From: Prochlorococcus sp. AG-679-M23
GTDB lineage: Bacteria; Cyanobacteriota; Cyanobacteriia; PCC-6307; Cyanobiaceae
Assembly: GCA_003208875.1 (NCBI GenBank)
Contig: QCUR01000002.1
Coordinates: 224,001-288,000, forward strand
DNA: 64,000 nt
Direction of reading: 5' to 3'
Part shown: piece by piece, positions 42,482 through 53,652 of the stretch
Layout of the letters: each line of letters begins with the position of its first letter
Numbering within the stretch: position 1 is the stretch's first letter
Notes under the pieces: model-generated
What the model was told of the DNA's origin: nothing
The model's database searches: none
What the model saw: the letters and a program-made list of their open reading frames with translations, nothing else
Made by a program: the position numbers and the translations under genes

Positions 42482-42620
42482 TTGTAAGTAATTTCAACTA
42501 AATATTTTTAATAAAATGATCTAGATTTACTATTAAAGTGTGCAAGGTGGCTATTGTTTATTAATATCTATATAGATCATATCTTAAGAAGTTAACTCCT
42601 CCCCTCTTCAATCACAATTA

Positions 42621-45347
42621 TTGCTTAATTTAGAGGAATATTTCCCATTCCCACTAGATCCCTTTCAAATAGAGGCAATAAAAGCTATTAATAGTGGAAA
42701 TTCTGTTGTTTTAACTGCTCCAACTGGCTCAGGTAAAACATTAATCGGTGAATTTGCTATTTATAGAGGCTTATCCCATGAAAGTAGAGTTTTTTATACA
42801 ACCCCTTTAAAAGCTTTATCAAATCAAAAGTTTAGAGATTTTATTAGTCAATTTGGAGAGAAGAATGTAGGTCTCTTAACTGGAGATATTAGTATCAATA
42901 GAGATGCTCCAATCTTAGTAATGACTACTGAGATTTTTAGGAATATGCTCTATGGAGAGTTTGAAGAATTTGATGACCCATTGGTAAATCTGGAATCTGT
43001 AATTCTTGATGAATGTCATTATATGAACGATCCTCAAAGGGGGACAGTTTGGGAAGAAACAATAATTCATTGTCCAAGTAGAGCACAGATAATAGCTTTA
43101 TCAGCAACCATCTCTAATGCAGACCAACTTCAAAATTGGATAGAAAAAGTTCATGGTCCTACAGAACTTGTTAACAGTAATAAAAGACCAGTCCCATTAG
43201 ATTTTATTTTCTGTAGTGCCAAGGGACTTCATCCTCTTTTGAATAATAAGGGTAATGGGATTCATCCAAATTGTAAGATTTGGAGAGCACCAAAAGGGCA
43301 AAAAAAGAAAGTTAAAGTAGGAAGAATAATGCAACCAAAGGCTCCTCCGATTGCCTTTGTAGTCTCTAAACTTGCAGAGAGAAATATGTTACCAGCTATC
43401 TATTTTATTTTTAGTAGAAGAGGTTGCGACAAGGCTGTTGAGTATATAAAAGATTTATCTTTAGTAAGTTATTCAGAAGCAAATTTGATATCTCAAAGAT
43501 TAGATGTTTATCTAAAAAATAATGAAGCGGGTATAAAAGATAAATTTCATTGTGAAGCTCTTAAACGAGGTATAGCTTCACACCATGCTGGTTTGCTTCC
43601 AGCATGGAAAGAGTTAGTAGAGGAACTATTTCAGCAAGGATTGATAAAAGTTGTTTTTGCAACTGAAACTTTAGCTGCGGGTATTAATATGCCTGCAAGA
43701 ACAACAGTAATTTCAACATTATCAAAAAGGACTGATGAAGGACATAGATTATTATTTAGTAGTGAATTCTTGCAGATGTCAGGCAGAGCTGGAAGAAGAG
43801 GAAAGGATTTGCAGGGATATGTTGTAACCTTACAAACTAGATTTGAGGGAGCAAAAGAAGCTAGTACCTTGGCTATTAGTGAACCAAATCCACTAGTTAG
43901 TCAGTTCACACCAAGCTATGGAATGGTTCTTAATCTTTTGCAAAATTATAGTTTAGATAAATCTCGAGAGTTAATAAAAAGAAGTTTTGGGAGCTTTTTA
44001 TATTTAGGGGAATCTTCAGAAGAGACTGCTATTCTTGATAATTTAGAAAGAGATTTAAAAGAACTAAAAAAAATAACTGCCAATATTTCATGGCAAGATT
44101 TCGATTCATACGAAAAGTTGAAAAGTCGTTTAAAAGAAGAAAGAAGATTGTTGAGGATATTAGAAAAACAAGCAGCTGAAAAATTATCAGAAGAAATTAC
44201 TAGTGCACTTACCTTTATTAAAGATGGAAGTTTAATTTCCATAAAAGCCCCTCAAATAAATAGAAAAGTTGTTCCAGCTTTAATTTGTAAAAAAATATAT
44301 GAATCAAAAAAAATTAAAAGTTTGCTTTGTTTAACAATTGATAATTTATTTATCCTTATAAAACCTTCTTACATAGTCAATATTTTTCCTGATTTAGAAG
44401 AAATTGAAATTTTGAGGCTTGAAGAACCCAAGATGAATTTCTCAGGAGAAGTTGTAAGAGGTGATAATGAATCACAAACTTTTGTAGATAGAATTTTTGA
44501 TATTTCTGAAAAATATGATTTAAGAACTCCTCAATATGACCTATCAACTGAAGTTTTGGCACAAAAGAAACTAATTACTAATTTGGAAGAAACAATTACT
44601 AATCAGCCTGCGCATAAATTTGGTGACTCTAAAAAATTAAAAAGATATAGAAAAAGGATTATCGAGATTGAGCAAGAAATAGTTATGAAAAATAATCTTA
44701 TGGAAGAAAAAGAAAATCATAACTGGTTAAAATTTACTGATTTAATAAAAATTTTGAATCATTTTGGCTGTTTAAATGATTTAGAGCTTACCGAAGTAGG
44801 GCAATCAGTTGGTGCAATAAGAAGTGAAAATGAATTATGGGTTGGACTTGTTTTACTTAGTGGATACTTGGATGATTTGGCCCCTCCTGATTTAGCCGCA
44901 ATCATTCAAGCAATTTGTGTGGATGTAAGAAGACCCAATCTTTGGTGTAATTTTAAGCCTTCCATAAAAGTTATAGATGTTTTTAATGAGTTAGAGAGCC
45001 TAAGAAAATTAGTAGCCTCGAAACAAAATAAGTTTAATATTAACACTCCAATTTTTTTAGAAATGGAGTTGACTGGGATAATTTCAGAATGGGCGAGAGG
45101 TAAAAAATGGAAAGAACTAATTTTTAATACTTCTCTAGATGAGGGGGATGTTGTAAGGATCTTAAGAAGGTCTATGGATGTTTTATCACAAATTCAATAT
45201 TGCGTAGGAGTAAGTAATAAATTAAAAAATAAAGCAAAGTTAGCCTTAAAAGCTATAAATAGATTTCCTGTTTCTGAATCGAATGATTTGTTAAAAGTCT
45301 CTGATAATATTAATCCAGCAACGAAAAGAATCGATAATAATTCCTAA
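42621..45347 (+). CDS. Ski2/HelY-like DExH-box RNA helicase
   Basis: APTGSGKT, PLKALSNQK, DECH, LSAT, QMSGRAGRRG, C-terminal DEGDVVR (DSHCT). Confidence 0.93.
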   Translation: MLNLEEYFPFPLDPFQIEAIKAINSGNSVVLTAPTGSGKTLIGEFAIYRGLSHESRVFYTTPLKALSNQKFRDFISQFGEKNVGLLTGDISINRDAPILVMTTEIFRNMLYGEFEEFDDPLVNLESVILDECHYMNDPQRGTVWEETIIHCPSRAQIIALSATISNADQLQNWIEKVHGPTELVNSNKRPVPLDFIFCSAKGLHPLLNNKGNGIHPNCKIWRAPKGQKKKVKVGRIMQPKAPPIAFVVSKLAERNMLPAIYFIFSRRGCDKAVEYIKDLSLVSYSEANLISQRLDVYLKNNEAGIKDKFHCEALKRGIASHHAGLLPAWKELVEELFQQGLIKVVFATETLAAGINMPARTTVISTLSKRTDEGHRLLFSSEFLQMSGRAGRRGKDLQGYVVTLQTRFEGAKEASTLAISEPNPLVSQFTPSYGMVLNLLQNYSLDKSRELIKRSFGSFLYLGESSEETAILDNLERDLKELKKITANISWQDFDSYEKLKSRLKEERRLLRILEKQAAEKLSEEITSALTFIKDGSLISIKAPQINRKVVPALICKKIYESKKIKSLLCLTIDNLFILIKPSYIVNIFPDLEEIEILRLEEPKMNFSGEVVRGDNESQTFVDRIFDISEKYDLRTPQYDLSTEVLAQKKLITNLEETITNQPAHKFGDSKKLKRYRKRIIEIEQEIVMKNNLMEEKENHNWLKFTDLIKILNHFGCLNDLELTEVGQSVGAIRSENELWVGLVLLSGYLDDLAPPDLAAIIQAICVDVRRPNLWCNFKPSIKVIDVFNELESLRKLVASKQNKFNINTPIFLEMELTGIISEWARGKKWKELIFNTSLDEGDVVRILRRSMDVLSQIQYCVGVSNKLKNKAKLALKAINRFPVSESNDLLKVSDNINPATKRIDNNS

Positions 45348-45358
45348 AAGTAGTTCAA

Positions 45359-46747
45359 TTAAATCATTTTATTAGTATTTATAGCATCCTCAAAATCATT
45401 AGCCGTTAAATAACCTAATTTTATTGTTGCTTCTTTTAAGTTGATTGATTCATTAAAAGCCAGATTCGCAATTTCTGCTGCTTTTTCATAACCTATTTTG
45501 GGAACCAATGCGGTTACAAGCATTAGTGAATTTTCAAGATTAGCTTTTATAGTTTTTGGGTTTGGTTCTATCCCTTCAACTAATTTTAGTCTGAAGTTAC
45601 TTATCGCATGATTCAGTAATTTTATACTCGTGAGAATATTAAATCCAATTAGTGGCTTATACTCATTCATTTGTAAAGTGCCGCTGGCATTAGCTATTGA
45701 TACTGCGTATTCAAAACCCATTACTTGAGTGCATACCATCGATAATGCTTCACATTGGGTTGGATTAACTTTTCCAGGCATGATTGAGCTTCCCGGTTCA
45801 TTTTGGGGAATTATTAATTCATAAATGCCAGATCTAGGTCCTGAGGACAATATTTTAATATCATTAGAAATCTTGAATAATGCACTTGCTAGGATTTTTA
45901 TTTGACCCATTACTTGGGCTAATCGATCATGAGATGCCATTAAAGAGAAATGATTCTTTGATTTATAAAAAAATAAACCAGTATATTCTGAAATTGATTT
46001 TATAGATTCTTTTGAGAAATCTTTTGGACAATTAATACCTGTACCAACGGCCGTACCACCTAGTGGTAAGAAACATAATTCATCAAGACTAATTATCAAA
46101 GCATCTTCAGCGTCCTTTAGTTGTTTTGACCATGCAGAAACTTCTTGACCAAGAGAAATTGGCACTGCATCTTGAAAATGAGTTCTACCTATTTTTATAA
46201 GATCTTTCCATTTATTACTCTTACTATCAAGAACCTTAGTAAGTTCCTTTATTGATGGAACTAATTTTTTAATTATTTGAGTAACAACAGATATCTGAAT
46301 AGCCGCAGGAAAAGTATCATTTGTAGACTGCGATTTATTAACATCATCATTTGGATGAATAGGATGATGACTTCCAAGTCCTGAATTTGTTTTTAATGCA
46401 GCAATATTAGATATGACTTCATTGATATTCATATTTGTTTGTGTACCACTACCTGTTTGCCATATTTTTAAAGGGAATTGAGAATCGTGTTTCCCATCAA
46501 GTATTTCTTTACAGGCTTCAATAATGAGATCTTTTTTTACATTATTTATTAAACCCAATTTGAAATTAGAAATTGCAGCTGCTCTTTTTACAACCGTAAG
46601 TGAATAAATTAATTCAATTGGGATTAACTCCTCACCAGTAGAAAAATTTATAATTGATCTCTGCGTTTGGGCTCCCCACAAAGCCTCTGAAGGAACTTTA
46701 ATCTGTCCCATACTATCTTTTTCAAATCTAAAGTTCTTGGTCATCAA
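45359..46747 (-). CDS. fumC: Fumarate hydratase class II
   Basis: QTGSGTQTNMN, SQSTND, GRTH, GSSIMPGKVNPTQCE. Confidence 0.96.
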   Translation of the reverse strand: MMTKNFRFEKDSMGQIKVPSEALWGAQTQRSIINFSTGEELIPIELIYSLTVVKRAAAISNFKLGLINNVKKDLIIEACKEILDGKHDSQFPLKIWQTGSGTQTNMNINEVISNIAALKTNSGLGSHHPIHPNDDVNKSQSTNDTFPAAIQISVVTQIIKKLVPSIKELTKVLDSKSNKWKDLIKIGRTHFQDAVPISLGQEVSAWSKQLKDAEDALIISLDELCFLPLGGTAVGTGINCPKDFSKESIKSISEYTGLFFYKSKNHFSLMASHDRLAQVMGQIKILASALFKISNDIKILSSGPRSGIYELIIPQNEPGSSIMPGKVNPTQCEALSMVCTQVMGFEYAVSIANASGTLQMNEYKPLIGFNILTSIKLLNHAISNFRLKLVEGIEPNPKTIKANLENSLMLVTALVPKIGYEKAAEIANLAFNESINLKEATIKLGYLTANDFEDAINTNKMI

Positions 46748-46785
46748 AAAAAAATGTGGTTAAACTTCAAATAATATTTAGGGAT

Positions 46786-48081
46786 TTAAATACTTAACTT
46801 ATCCCATATTACATTTAAATTGTTGAGGTGTATTGAGGGGTCAAAGCATACCTTTAAATCATTCTCAGAAACTAATGTCATTATCTCTTGTTCCCCCTCA
46901 ATATTTTCCTTGAAATTACCATTCTCATTATTCCAAGCTTGATGAGCACTTTTTTGTACTAAGCTATAAGCCTTTTCCCTAGACATACCCTTTTCAACAA
47001 GTAAAAGTAAAACTTTCTGACTGAAAATTACTCCCCCATATATATTTAAATTTTTGAGCATATTGTCCGGATAAATTTTTAAATTATTTATAATTTCTTT
47101 CATTTCTCTAAGCATAAAATGTAGGCATATAGATACATCGGGTAACATGATACGCTCATTAGAACTATGGCTAATATCTCTCTCGTGCCAAAGCGGAACA
47201 TTCTCAAGAGCTGTTACGACATAACTCCTCAAAATTCTAGATAAACCACTAACCCTTTCACTACGAATAGGGTTTCTTTTATGAGGCATAGCTGAGCTTC
47301 CTTTTTGCCCTTTTGAAAATCCTTCTTCGACTTCTAAAACATCTGTTCTCTGAAGGTTTCTTATCTCAGTAGCAAACCTATCAAGTGAAGCTCCAATCAA
47401 CGCTATTGTTTGAACATATTCAGCATGTCTATCTCTTGATATAACCTGAGTACTTGCTGTATCTGGTTTTAAACCCAGCAACTCGCAAGTAATTTTTTCT
47501 ATTTCTGGGTTTGTATTAGCGTAAGTTCCCATTGCTCCACTTATTTGTCCAATGGAAATAGATTCTTTAAGGATTAATAATCTTTTTTTATCTCTTAATA
47601 TTTCTGCTAACCATCCTGCCAATTTAAATCCAAACGAAATAGGCTCTCCGTGAATTGCATGGGATCTGCCAATCATTAAAGTATTTTTATGCTGTCTTGC
47701 TAATGATCTGACCTCATTTTCTAGGTTTTCAATTTCCTCTAATAACAATTCGCAGGAATCTTTTAGCTGTAATGATAGGCCTGTATCAAGGACATCACTG
47801 CTAGTCATTCCAACATGAATATATCTTCCGGAATCTCCAACATGTTCATTGATATTTGTTAGAAATGCAATTACATCATGTTTTACTTCTTTCTCGATTT
47901 CTTTAATTCTTGATTCTTCAAATTTTGCATTTAAACGAATTTCTTTTAACGCAGCTTCAGGCATTTTTCCAAGAGAACAATTTGCCTCGCATGCTGCAAT
48001 TTCAACTTTAAGCCAACTCTGGAATTTTGCATTTTCAGTCCAGATTCTTCCCATTTCGGGTAATGTGTAACGTTCAATCAC
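46786..48081 (-). CDS. purB: Adenylosuccinate lyase
   Basis: MIERY, HDVIAF, TSSD, GSSAMPHKRNP, HERDISHSS. Confidence 0.97.
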   Translation of the reverse strand: MIERYTLPEMGRIWTENAKFQSWLKVEIAACEANCSLGKMPEAALKEIRLNAKFEESRIKEIEKEVKHDVIAFLTNINEHVGDSGRYIHVGMTSSDVLDTGLSLQLKDSCELLLEEIENLENEVRSLARQHKNTLMIGRSHAIHGEPISFGFKLAGWLAEILRDKKRLLILKESISIGQISGAMGTYANTNPEIEKITCELLGLKPDTASTQVISRDRHAEYVQTIALIGASLDRFATEIRNLQRTDVLEVEEGFSKGQKGSSAMPHKRNPIRSERVSGLSRILRSYVVTALENVPLWHERDISHSSNERIMLPDVSICLHFMLREMKEIINNLKIYPDNMLKNLNIYGGVIFSQKVLLLLVEKGMSREKAYSLVQKSAHQAWNNENGNFKENIEGEQEIMTLVSENDLKVCFDPSIHLNNLNVIWDKLSI

Positions 48082-48374
48082 AATTTTTAAACATCTTCAA
48101 TTTAAACTTTATAACTAAAATCTCATAATTGCTCTATACGTAAAAGTTCTACTTGCCATTGAACATATTTGTATAAGTATTATTGTTATAAATAAGAGCT
48201 TTTGGATTTGTAAATATCAATTCATTTTGAAAAATGTCTAAATCTTGCGATTGGATTATCTTTATAAATAGTAGGTATTTTGTTTTTAATAAAATTTTAA
48301 ATTAGTATTATGCTTCAAAAATATAATTTGAAAATAGCCAGTAATTATTTTTTAAAGTTACCTTTTTAGAATAA

Positions 48375-49187
48375 ATGATTAAAAAAAGTAGGCTAGATCT
48401 TTATCTTATTTACAAAGGTTTATGCGAGACTCGTCAGAAAGCACAGGGGCTAATTCTTGCAGGAAAGGTTAAAGATATAAATGGTAAGATTTTTGATAAA
48501 CCTGGTCAACAAGTTTTAATAGGAACTGAATTTATTATTGAATCTGAACCTCAATTTGTATCGAGAGGAGGAGAAAAATTACTGGAGGCTTTTAAAAAAT
48601 TAAAGATTAATGTTAAAGATAGAGTTTGTATAGATGCAGGAATTTCTACTGGAGGATTTACTGATTGCTTGTTGCAACAAGGGGCGAAAATGGTTTATGG
48701 GATAGATGTAGGTTATGGTCAAACGGCTTGGAAAATAAGGAAAAATCCAAAAGTGAAACTCTTTGAAAGATCAAATATTAGAAATTTAAAGCCTTTAGAT
48801 ATCTATTCTCAAGAAAGTTTATTACCAAATTTTGTTGTAGCGGATTTATCTTTTATTTCACTAAAGTTAGTTTTACAACCTATTAATAATTTATTATCAG
48901 GAGATTTTATAGAGGGAATATTTCTTATTAAACCTCAATTTGAAGTAGGAAAAGATCGAGTAAGTAAAGGGGGCGTTGTAAGAAAAGCTGAATATCAAAT
49001 TGAGGCTATTGAGTCAGTTATTAATGCAGCAAATCAATTGCAATGGAATATTCAAGGTCTTGTAGCTTCGCCTTTAGTTGGGCCTGCAGGAAATCATGAA
49101 TATCTAGCTTGGATGTCTAAGTTTGGGATTTCTAATCCAATAATAAATACTAAATTTATAGAAAATTTAGTAAAAGAAACTCTTTAA
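48375..49187 (+). CDS. tlyA: TlyA family rRNA 2'-O-methyltransferase
   Basis: S4 domain RLD, FVSRGGEKL, DAGISTGGFTDCLLQ, DLSFISL, IKPQFE, GNHEYL. Confidence 0.93.
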   Translation: MIKKSRLDLYLIYKGLCETRQKAQGLILAGKVKDINGKIFDKPGQQVLIGTEFIIESEPQFVSRGGEKLLEAFKKLKINVKDRVCIDAGISTGGFTDCLLQQGAKMVYGIDVGYGQTAWKIRKNPKVKLFERSNIRNLKPLDIYSQESLLPNFVVADLSFISLKLVLQPINNLLSGDFIEGIFLIKPQFEVGKDRVSKGGVVRKAEYQIEAIESVINAANQLQWNIQGLVASPLVGPAGNHEYLAWMSKFGISNPIINTKFIENLVKETL

Positions 49188-49544
<357 letters not shown>

Positions 49545-49551
49545 TTATATT

Positions 49552-49797
49552 TTAATTCTTTTTCTGCAAAACATCTAGCATTGAGATTCCAGAAAATGAT
49601 TTAATATTTAGACCTGCGCTAGTTGCATCCTTAACTAGTAACTTAGAGTTTTCTTTTGAAATTATTACTTGATTATTTGATAACGCCTTCCATTGATTAT
49701 CTTCAAAATGCGTTTGGAGCCATAACATTCCAATAACACTAGTGGGTATAAGAGATTTATTTAAATTGTTGTCTATGTCAACCAAACAGATATCCAT
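49552..49797 (-). CDS. Conserved hypothetical protein upstream of glnB
   Basis: 81-aa ORF with P.SV.GMLWLQTHFE..W motif, co-oriented 25 nt upstream of glnB. Confidence 0.75.
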   Translation of the reverse strand: MDICLVDIDNNLNKSLIPTSVIGMLWLQTHFEDNQWKALSNNQVIISKENSKLLVKDATSAGLNIKSFSGISMLDVLQKKN

Positions 49798-49846
49798 AAG
49801 TTTTTAGAAACTAAATACATATAAACCTTTTTAATGACCTTAGGAT

Positions 49847-49862
49847 TGTTATCGATGATACA
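49847..49862 (-). promoter_or_regulatory. Putative NtcA binding site upstream of hypothetical-glnB
   Basis: Minus strand TGTA-tcatcgat-AACA, 50 nt upstream of the ORF start at 49797. No clean TAN3T at 22-23 nt spacing. Confidence 0.55.
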
Positions 49863-49988
49863 AAACAAAATTTTATATCCCTTGACTTATTGATTTGTAA
49901 TACTTGAGTATATTTTTAATTTTTCGAGAATTATTAGCTTTTTTTATGGTTTTTTATATAGTTTTAATAAAGGTGATTTTGAAAAAAA

Positions 49989-50399
49989 ATGAGTACAGTT
50001 AATTTAAATGATGCGACCAATAAGCCCTTATACGGCGAAAGACTAATAGAAGAATCAAAAATTATTTGTTTTGAAAATCCAAATAAAAAAAGAATTTATG
50101 AAATTTCAATTGAATTACCTGAATTTACGTGTAAATGCCCATTTTCAGGTTATCCAGATTTTGCAAAATTAAATATCTTTTACCAGCCTAAGATGAAAGT
50201 ATATGAGTTGAAATCCTTAAAACTTTATATTAATAACTTTAGAGATCTCAAAATATCACATGAAGAAGTGGTTAACAGAATAATGGATGATCTTTTAAAT
50301 GCAGCTGCGCCTCACTGGATTCATTTAAATGCTGATTTTAATCCTAGAGGAAACGTCTCTATGAAATTAGATATCTATAGTGGTCAGAAAAGAAATTAA
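49989..50399 (+). CDS. queF: 7-cyano-7-deazaguanine reductase (preQ1 synthase), short type
   Basis: [34 protein letters not shown]. Confidence 0.96.
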   Translation: MSTVNLNDATNKPLYGERLIEESKIICFENPNKKRIYEISIELPEFTCKCPFSGYPDFAKLNIFYQPKMKVYELKSLKLYINNFRDLKISHEEVVNRIMDDLLNAAAPHWIHLNADFNPRGNVSMKLDIYSGQKRN

Positions 50400-51682
50400 T
50401 TATTCTTGATCTCATCTGATAATTTTAGAAATTCCTTTTTAAAACCTAAAAGATTTCTATTACTTAAGCCACCAATAAATAATTTATTTGTATTTTCATT
50501 AAATAAAATCCATATTTGGTTTGTGGGAATAAGACTAAAAATTGTTCCCAAAATTACTAAAGTAAAGGATAAATAAATAAATGGAATTGAAGGATCATTT
50601 TTAATAATTAAACCACTACTAGGAATTATTTTTTTTAAAGATAGTTTTGAAGAATTAATTTCTAATGGATTATTATTTAAATAAACAAAATTTTCAGAAA
50701 AATCTTCAATATTTGAGACTTTAAGTGGACCATTTTCATTATCAATAGTTAAAAGATAATTCTTTTTATTTTCTCTACCCAATTCAATTAAAAGACCCCA
50801 TATTTGATCTCCTATCTCAGGAATAGGCTTTAGTTGGAGTTGGTAAAGAACAGTATCAATTTCCACAACAATATTTGAAACAGACCAATCCGCTTGATAA
50901 ATAGTTAAACCTTTGAATCTGATAGGTTGATTTACTTGAGTTGTTTTTATTTCATTCAAATTTTGTTGTTTCGAAAAAAATTCTAAATTTGAAATAAATT
51001 GCTTTGGTTTCCCATCACTTTCACGTTCAATAAAAAAGTTTTTTAATTTTATTTTCACTTTTGAATTTGTACTCTCATTTATTAAATCTAAACTTTCTCC
51101 TAATCTCAAATATTGTTCTTTAGATTGGCTACTAAAATTTCCGTATGCAGAACCGATCAGTAAAATAATTAAACCTATATGTACAATTATAGGTCCAAGT
51201 TTTCCCACTAAACCTTTTCTTGCCGATAAGCGATTTTCAAATTTGGAAATGTTCCAACCTTTTTTTCTAAGTAAAGAATCAGCTTTTAAAATATAATCTG
51301 CATCTTGGTTTATTTCGTAATTAGTTATTAATTCGAGTTTGTAGAATTTTTTTTCATCTTTGTAGTCAGTCCATTTTAATGCTGCTTTTAAAGACGGTAT
51401 TTGCCTCCTAAAGCTGCAGGCTGCAAGAGAAATACAAAGTAGTATTAATGAAAATAGAAACCAATTACTTGTATAAATATGATCTAATTGGAGTCTTATA
51501 ACTTGAGATCCATTAATAAATCCTAATATTGGCGTTTCGTTGTAGAAATCAATATACTCTTGTTGATCATTTCCTTGAGGTATAAACGTTCCAACTCCAC
51601 TTGAGATGGCAATGAAAATTATTAAAAGTATTGCAAATCTTAAACTTGATATCTTTAGAATAAATTTCTTAAAAATAACCAT
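50396..51682 (-). CDS. ccs1: Cytochrome c biogenesis protein Ccs1/CcsB (ResB-like)
   Basis: [48 protein letters not shown]. Confidence 0.9.
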   Translation of the reverse strand: MVIFKKFILKISSLRFAILLIIFIAISSGVGTFIPQGNDQQEYIDFYNETPILGFINGSQVIRLQLDHIYTSNWFLFSLILLCISLAACSFRRQIPSLKAALKWTDYKDEKKFYKLELITNYEINQDADYILKADSLLRKKGWNISKFENRLSARKGLVGKLGPIIVHIGLIILLIGSAYGNFSSQSKEQYLRLGESLDLINESTNSKVKIKLKNFFIERESDGKPKQFISNLEFFSKQQNLNEIKTTQVNQPIRFKGLTIYQADWSVSNIVVEIDTVLYQLQLKPIPEIGDQIWGLLIELGRENKKNYLLTIDNENGPLKVSNIEDFSENFVYLNNNPLEINSSKLSLKKIIPSSGLIIKNDPSIPFIYLSFTLVILGTIFSLIPTNQIWILFNENTNKLFIGGLSNRNLLGFKKEFLKLSDEIKNN

Positions 51683-52339
51683 TTAGATCCAATTTGAAAT
51701 TAAATTTAGAATCCCTATCGAAACTAAAAATACCCCACTTAAAGTAGGAATTATTTGACTATATTTTCTGAGTTCTAGAAACTGCTTTAAATTTTCAGTT
51801 GTCGCTCCTGCAATGATTAATGGTGTTACTTGACCAAGGCCAAAGAAGAATAAAAAAATTATTGAAATTGCAGGGTTTTTTGCTTGTGATACCCATGCTA
51901 AGAGTGAAGCCAGTACTGGAGTAATACAAGGTGAAGAGGCAAGACCAAAAGCTCCACCTATTACAAAAGGAGTAATTATAGAAGGCACCTTATCTTCCAT
52001 AAATTGTAAATCGGGCCCATTAGGTAATTGGAATTTTAAAATTCCTAATAAGTTTAAGCCCATAATAATTGCTATTAAAGCTACTAAAGATGCGTAGTAA
52101 GAGGGTAATTGTCCATATATTTTTCCTAAGAATCCGCTCAAGGCACCCAATGTAATAAGGGAAAAAATTACCCCTCCAGAAAAACTAATAAGTTTAAACT
52201 TATTATTCTTAGTTCCACCCACATAAGCAATTGTGATTGGTAGTAAAGATAACGAACATGGACCAAGACTTGTTAAAAGGCCAGCAGTAAAAACTAAAAA
52301 TATGGTAAGTGGACCTGGATTATTAAGCCCTTGCTCCAT
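51683..52339 (-). CDS. ccdA: Cytochrome c biogenesis protein CcdA (true start may lie upstream)
   Basis: GLLTSLGPCSLSLLP and ASSPCITPVL redox cysteines; multiple TM helices. Confidence 0.92.
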   Translation of the reverse strand: MEQGLNNPGPLTIFLVFTAGLLTSLGPCSLSLLPITIAYVGGTKNNKFKLISFSGGVIFSLITLGALSGFLGKIYGQLPSYYASLVALIAIIMGLNLLGILKFQLPNGPDLQFMEDKVPSIITPFVIGGAFGLASSPCITPVLASLLAWVSQAKNPAISIIFLFFFGLGQVTPLIIAGATTENLKQFLELRKYSQIIPTLSGVFLVSIGILNLISNWI

Positions 52340-52422
52340 TAGTAAATTACCCTTTTGAGCTAATTCTGAAATAAATAAATTAATTGAGGCGATAACAGGA
52401 ATCTAAATCTTCTAAATTCTAA

Positions 52423-53652
52423 CTAATGAAGAGACTTTCGCGCACTAATCATGCCTATATAACCAGTTGATTCCAGTGAACACCTTAACAACATTCCGAT
52501 CACAAAAAATGAGGATAATAAGGAATTTCCTCCGTAACTTACAAAAGGTAATGGTAACCCAGTTGTGGGCATTGTTCCTGTTGCCACAGCTATATGCATT
52601 ATAGATTGACCTATAAGTAAAGTTGCGCATCCAATAGCAACTAACTTTGTATAATTATTTCTACACTTTATTGCGATTCTTAAGCTTACATAAGAAAAAA
52701 GAACTAAAAAACCTAACAATAATGTTGATCCTAATAAACCAAATTCTTCTGCAAAAATAGCAAAAATGAAATCTGTGCTTTGAATTGGTAAATATTGTAA
52801 TTTTTGTGTAGAGAGGCCAAATCCTTGTCCAAATAATCCTCCTGAACCTATCGCTAGTAAACTCTGAATTAATTGATAGCCATTGCCCTCTGCATCTTTC
52901 CAAGGATCTATGAATGATATGACTCTTAGCTTTTGATACTCATTACTCAAAATACTAATACAACCACTTAAAACTCCTAATGAAGCTAATGATAAGAGTG
53001 AACTGAATTTTACTCCCCCACATAAACCCATCACCCAAAAAAGAATTCCTGTTAAACCTGCGGTACTTAAATTGGGCTGCTTCATTATTAGTAAAATTAA
53101 AAACCCAAATGTGCTTAATGAAATAATTTTTCTTTTATTTTTAACTAAATTCCAATGTGCAAATAAGTTAGCTGCTTCCAAAATTGAAAAAGGTTTAATT
53201 AATTCAGACGGTTGAATTTGTAGAGGACCTAGAATTAACCATCTTGAAGAACCGTTAACGGTACTGCCAAAGAATATTGTTAAAATTATCAAAAAAATTA
53301 AGAAGTAAAAAATAATTTTTGAAATTTTTAAAAGATTTCTAATATTTGTATTTAAAACAAAATAAAAAAAAGTTAATCCAGGAATACACCAAATAATTTG
53401 CCTTTTTAAATAATAAGCCCAATCCCCCATTTCCTTGCTAGCGACCCACCAACTAGCAGAACCAAGAATAAACAGACCTAAAACAGACCATATACCAATC
53501 AAAATAAGTAGAAGTTTTCCTTCATAAGGCCAAATTTTCCAAGGTATAGGTAAGAAATTTTCCCTTAAATAGTTGGGGTTGTTTATGGAATCAAAAGTTC
53601 TATTTCTTTTAAAATAACTATTATATTTTGTAGCTGATTTACTTATCTCCAA
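52423..53652 (-). CDS. ftsW: SEDS family peptidoglycan polymerase FtsW
   Basis: NGSSRW, QPSELIK, QPNLST, GYQLIQS..AIGSGG, TDFIFAIFAEEFG, LPFVSYGGNS. Confidence 0.92.
   Translation of the reverse strand: MEISKSATKYNSYFKRNRTFDSINNPNYLRENFLPIPWKIWPYEGKLLLILIGIWSVLGLFILGSASWWVASKEMGDWAYYLKRQIIWCIPGLTFFYFVLNTNIRNLLKISKIIFYFLIFLIILTIFFGSTVNGSSRWLILGPLQIQPSELIKPFSILEAANLFAHWNLVKNKRKIISLSTFGFLILLIMKQPNLSTAGLTGILFWVMGLCGGVKFSSLLSLASLGVLSGCISILSNEYQKLRVISFIDPWKDAEGNGYQLIQSLLAIGSGGLFGQGFGLSTQKLQYLPIQSTDFIFAIFAEEFGLLGSTLLLGFLVLFSYVSLRIAIKCRNNYTKLVAIGCATLLIGQSIMHIAVATGTMPTTGLPLPFVSYGGNSLLSSFFVIGMLLRCSLESTGYIGMISARKSLH

Noticed and set aside
42516..42580. ATGATCTA/TAGATCAT inverted repeat upstream of bioF as a biotin operator
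   Set aside because: The arms are about 50 nt apart and do not resemble a BirA operator.
42621..45347. Large helicase as a possible anti-phage defence gene
   Set aside because: Ordinary Ski2/HelY-type housekeeping architecture in a core neighbourhood, with no nuclease or partner genes.
48082..48374. 293-nt purB/tlyA spacer containing a 23-codon ORF (MSKSCDWIIFINSRYFVFNKILN)
   Set aside because: Very AT-rich, no RBS or motif, and no convincing RNA structure. Best explained as divergent promoters.
49863..49988. preQ1 riboswitch upstream of queF
   Set aside because: I could not find the characteristic stem-loop with a pairing A-rich tail.
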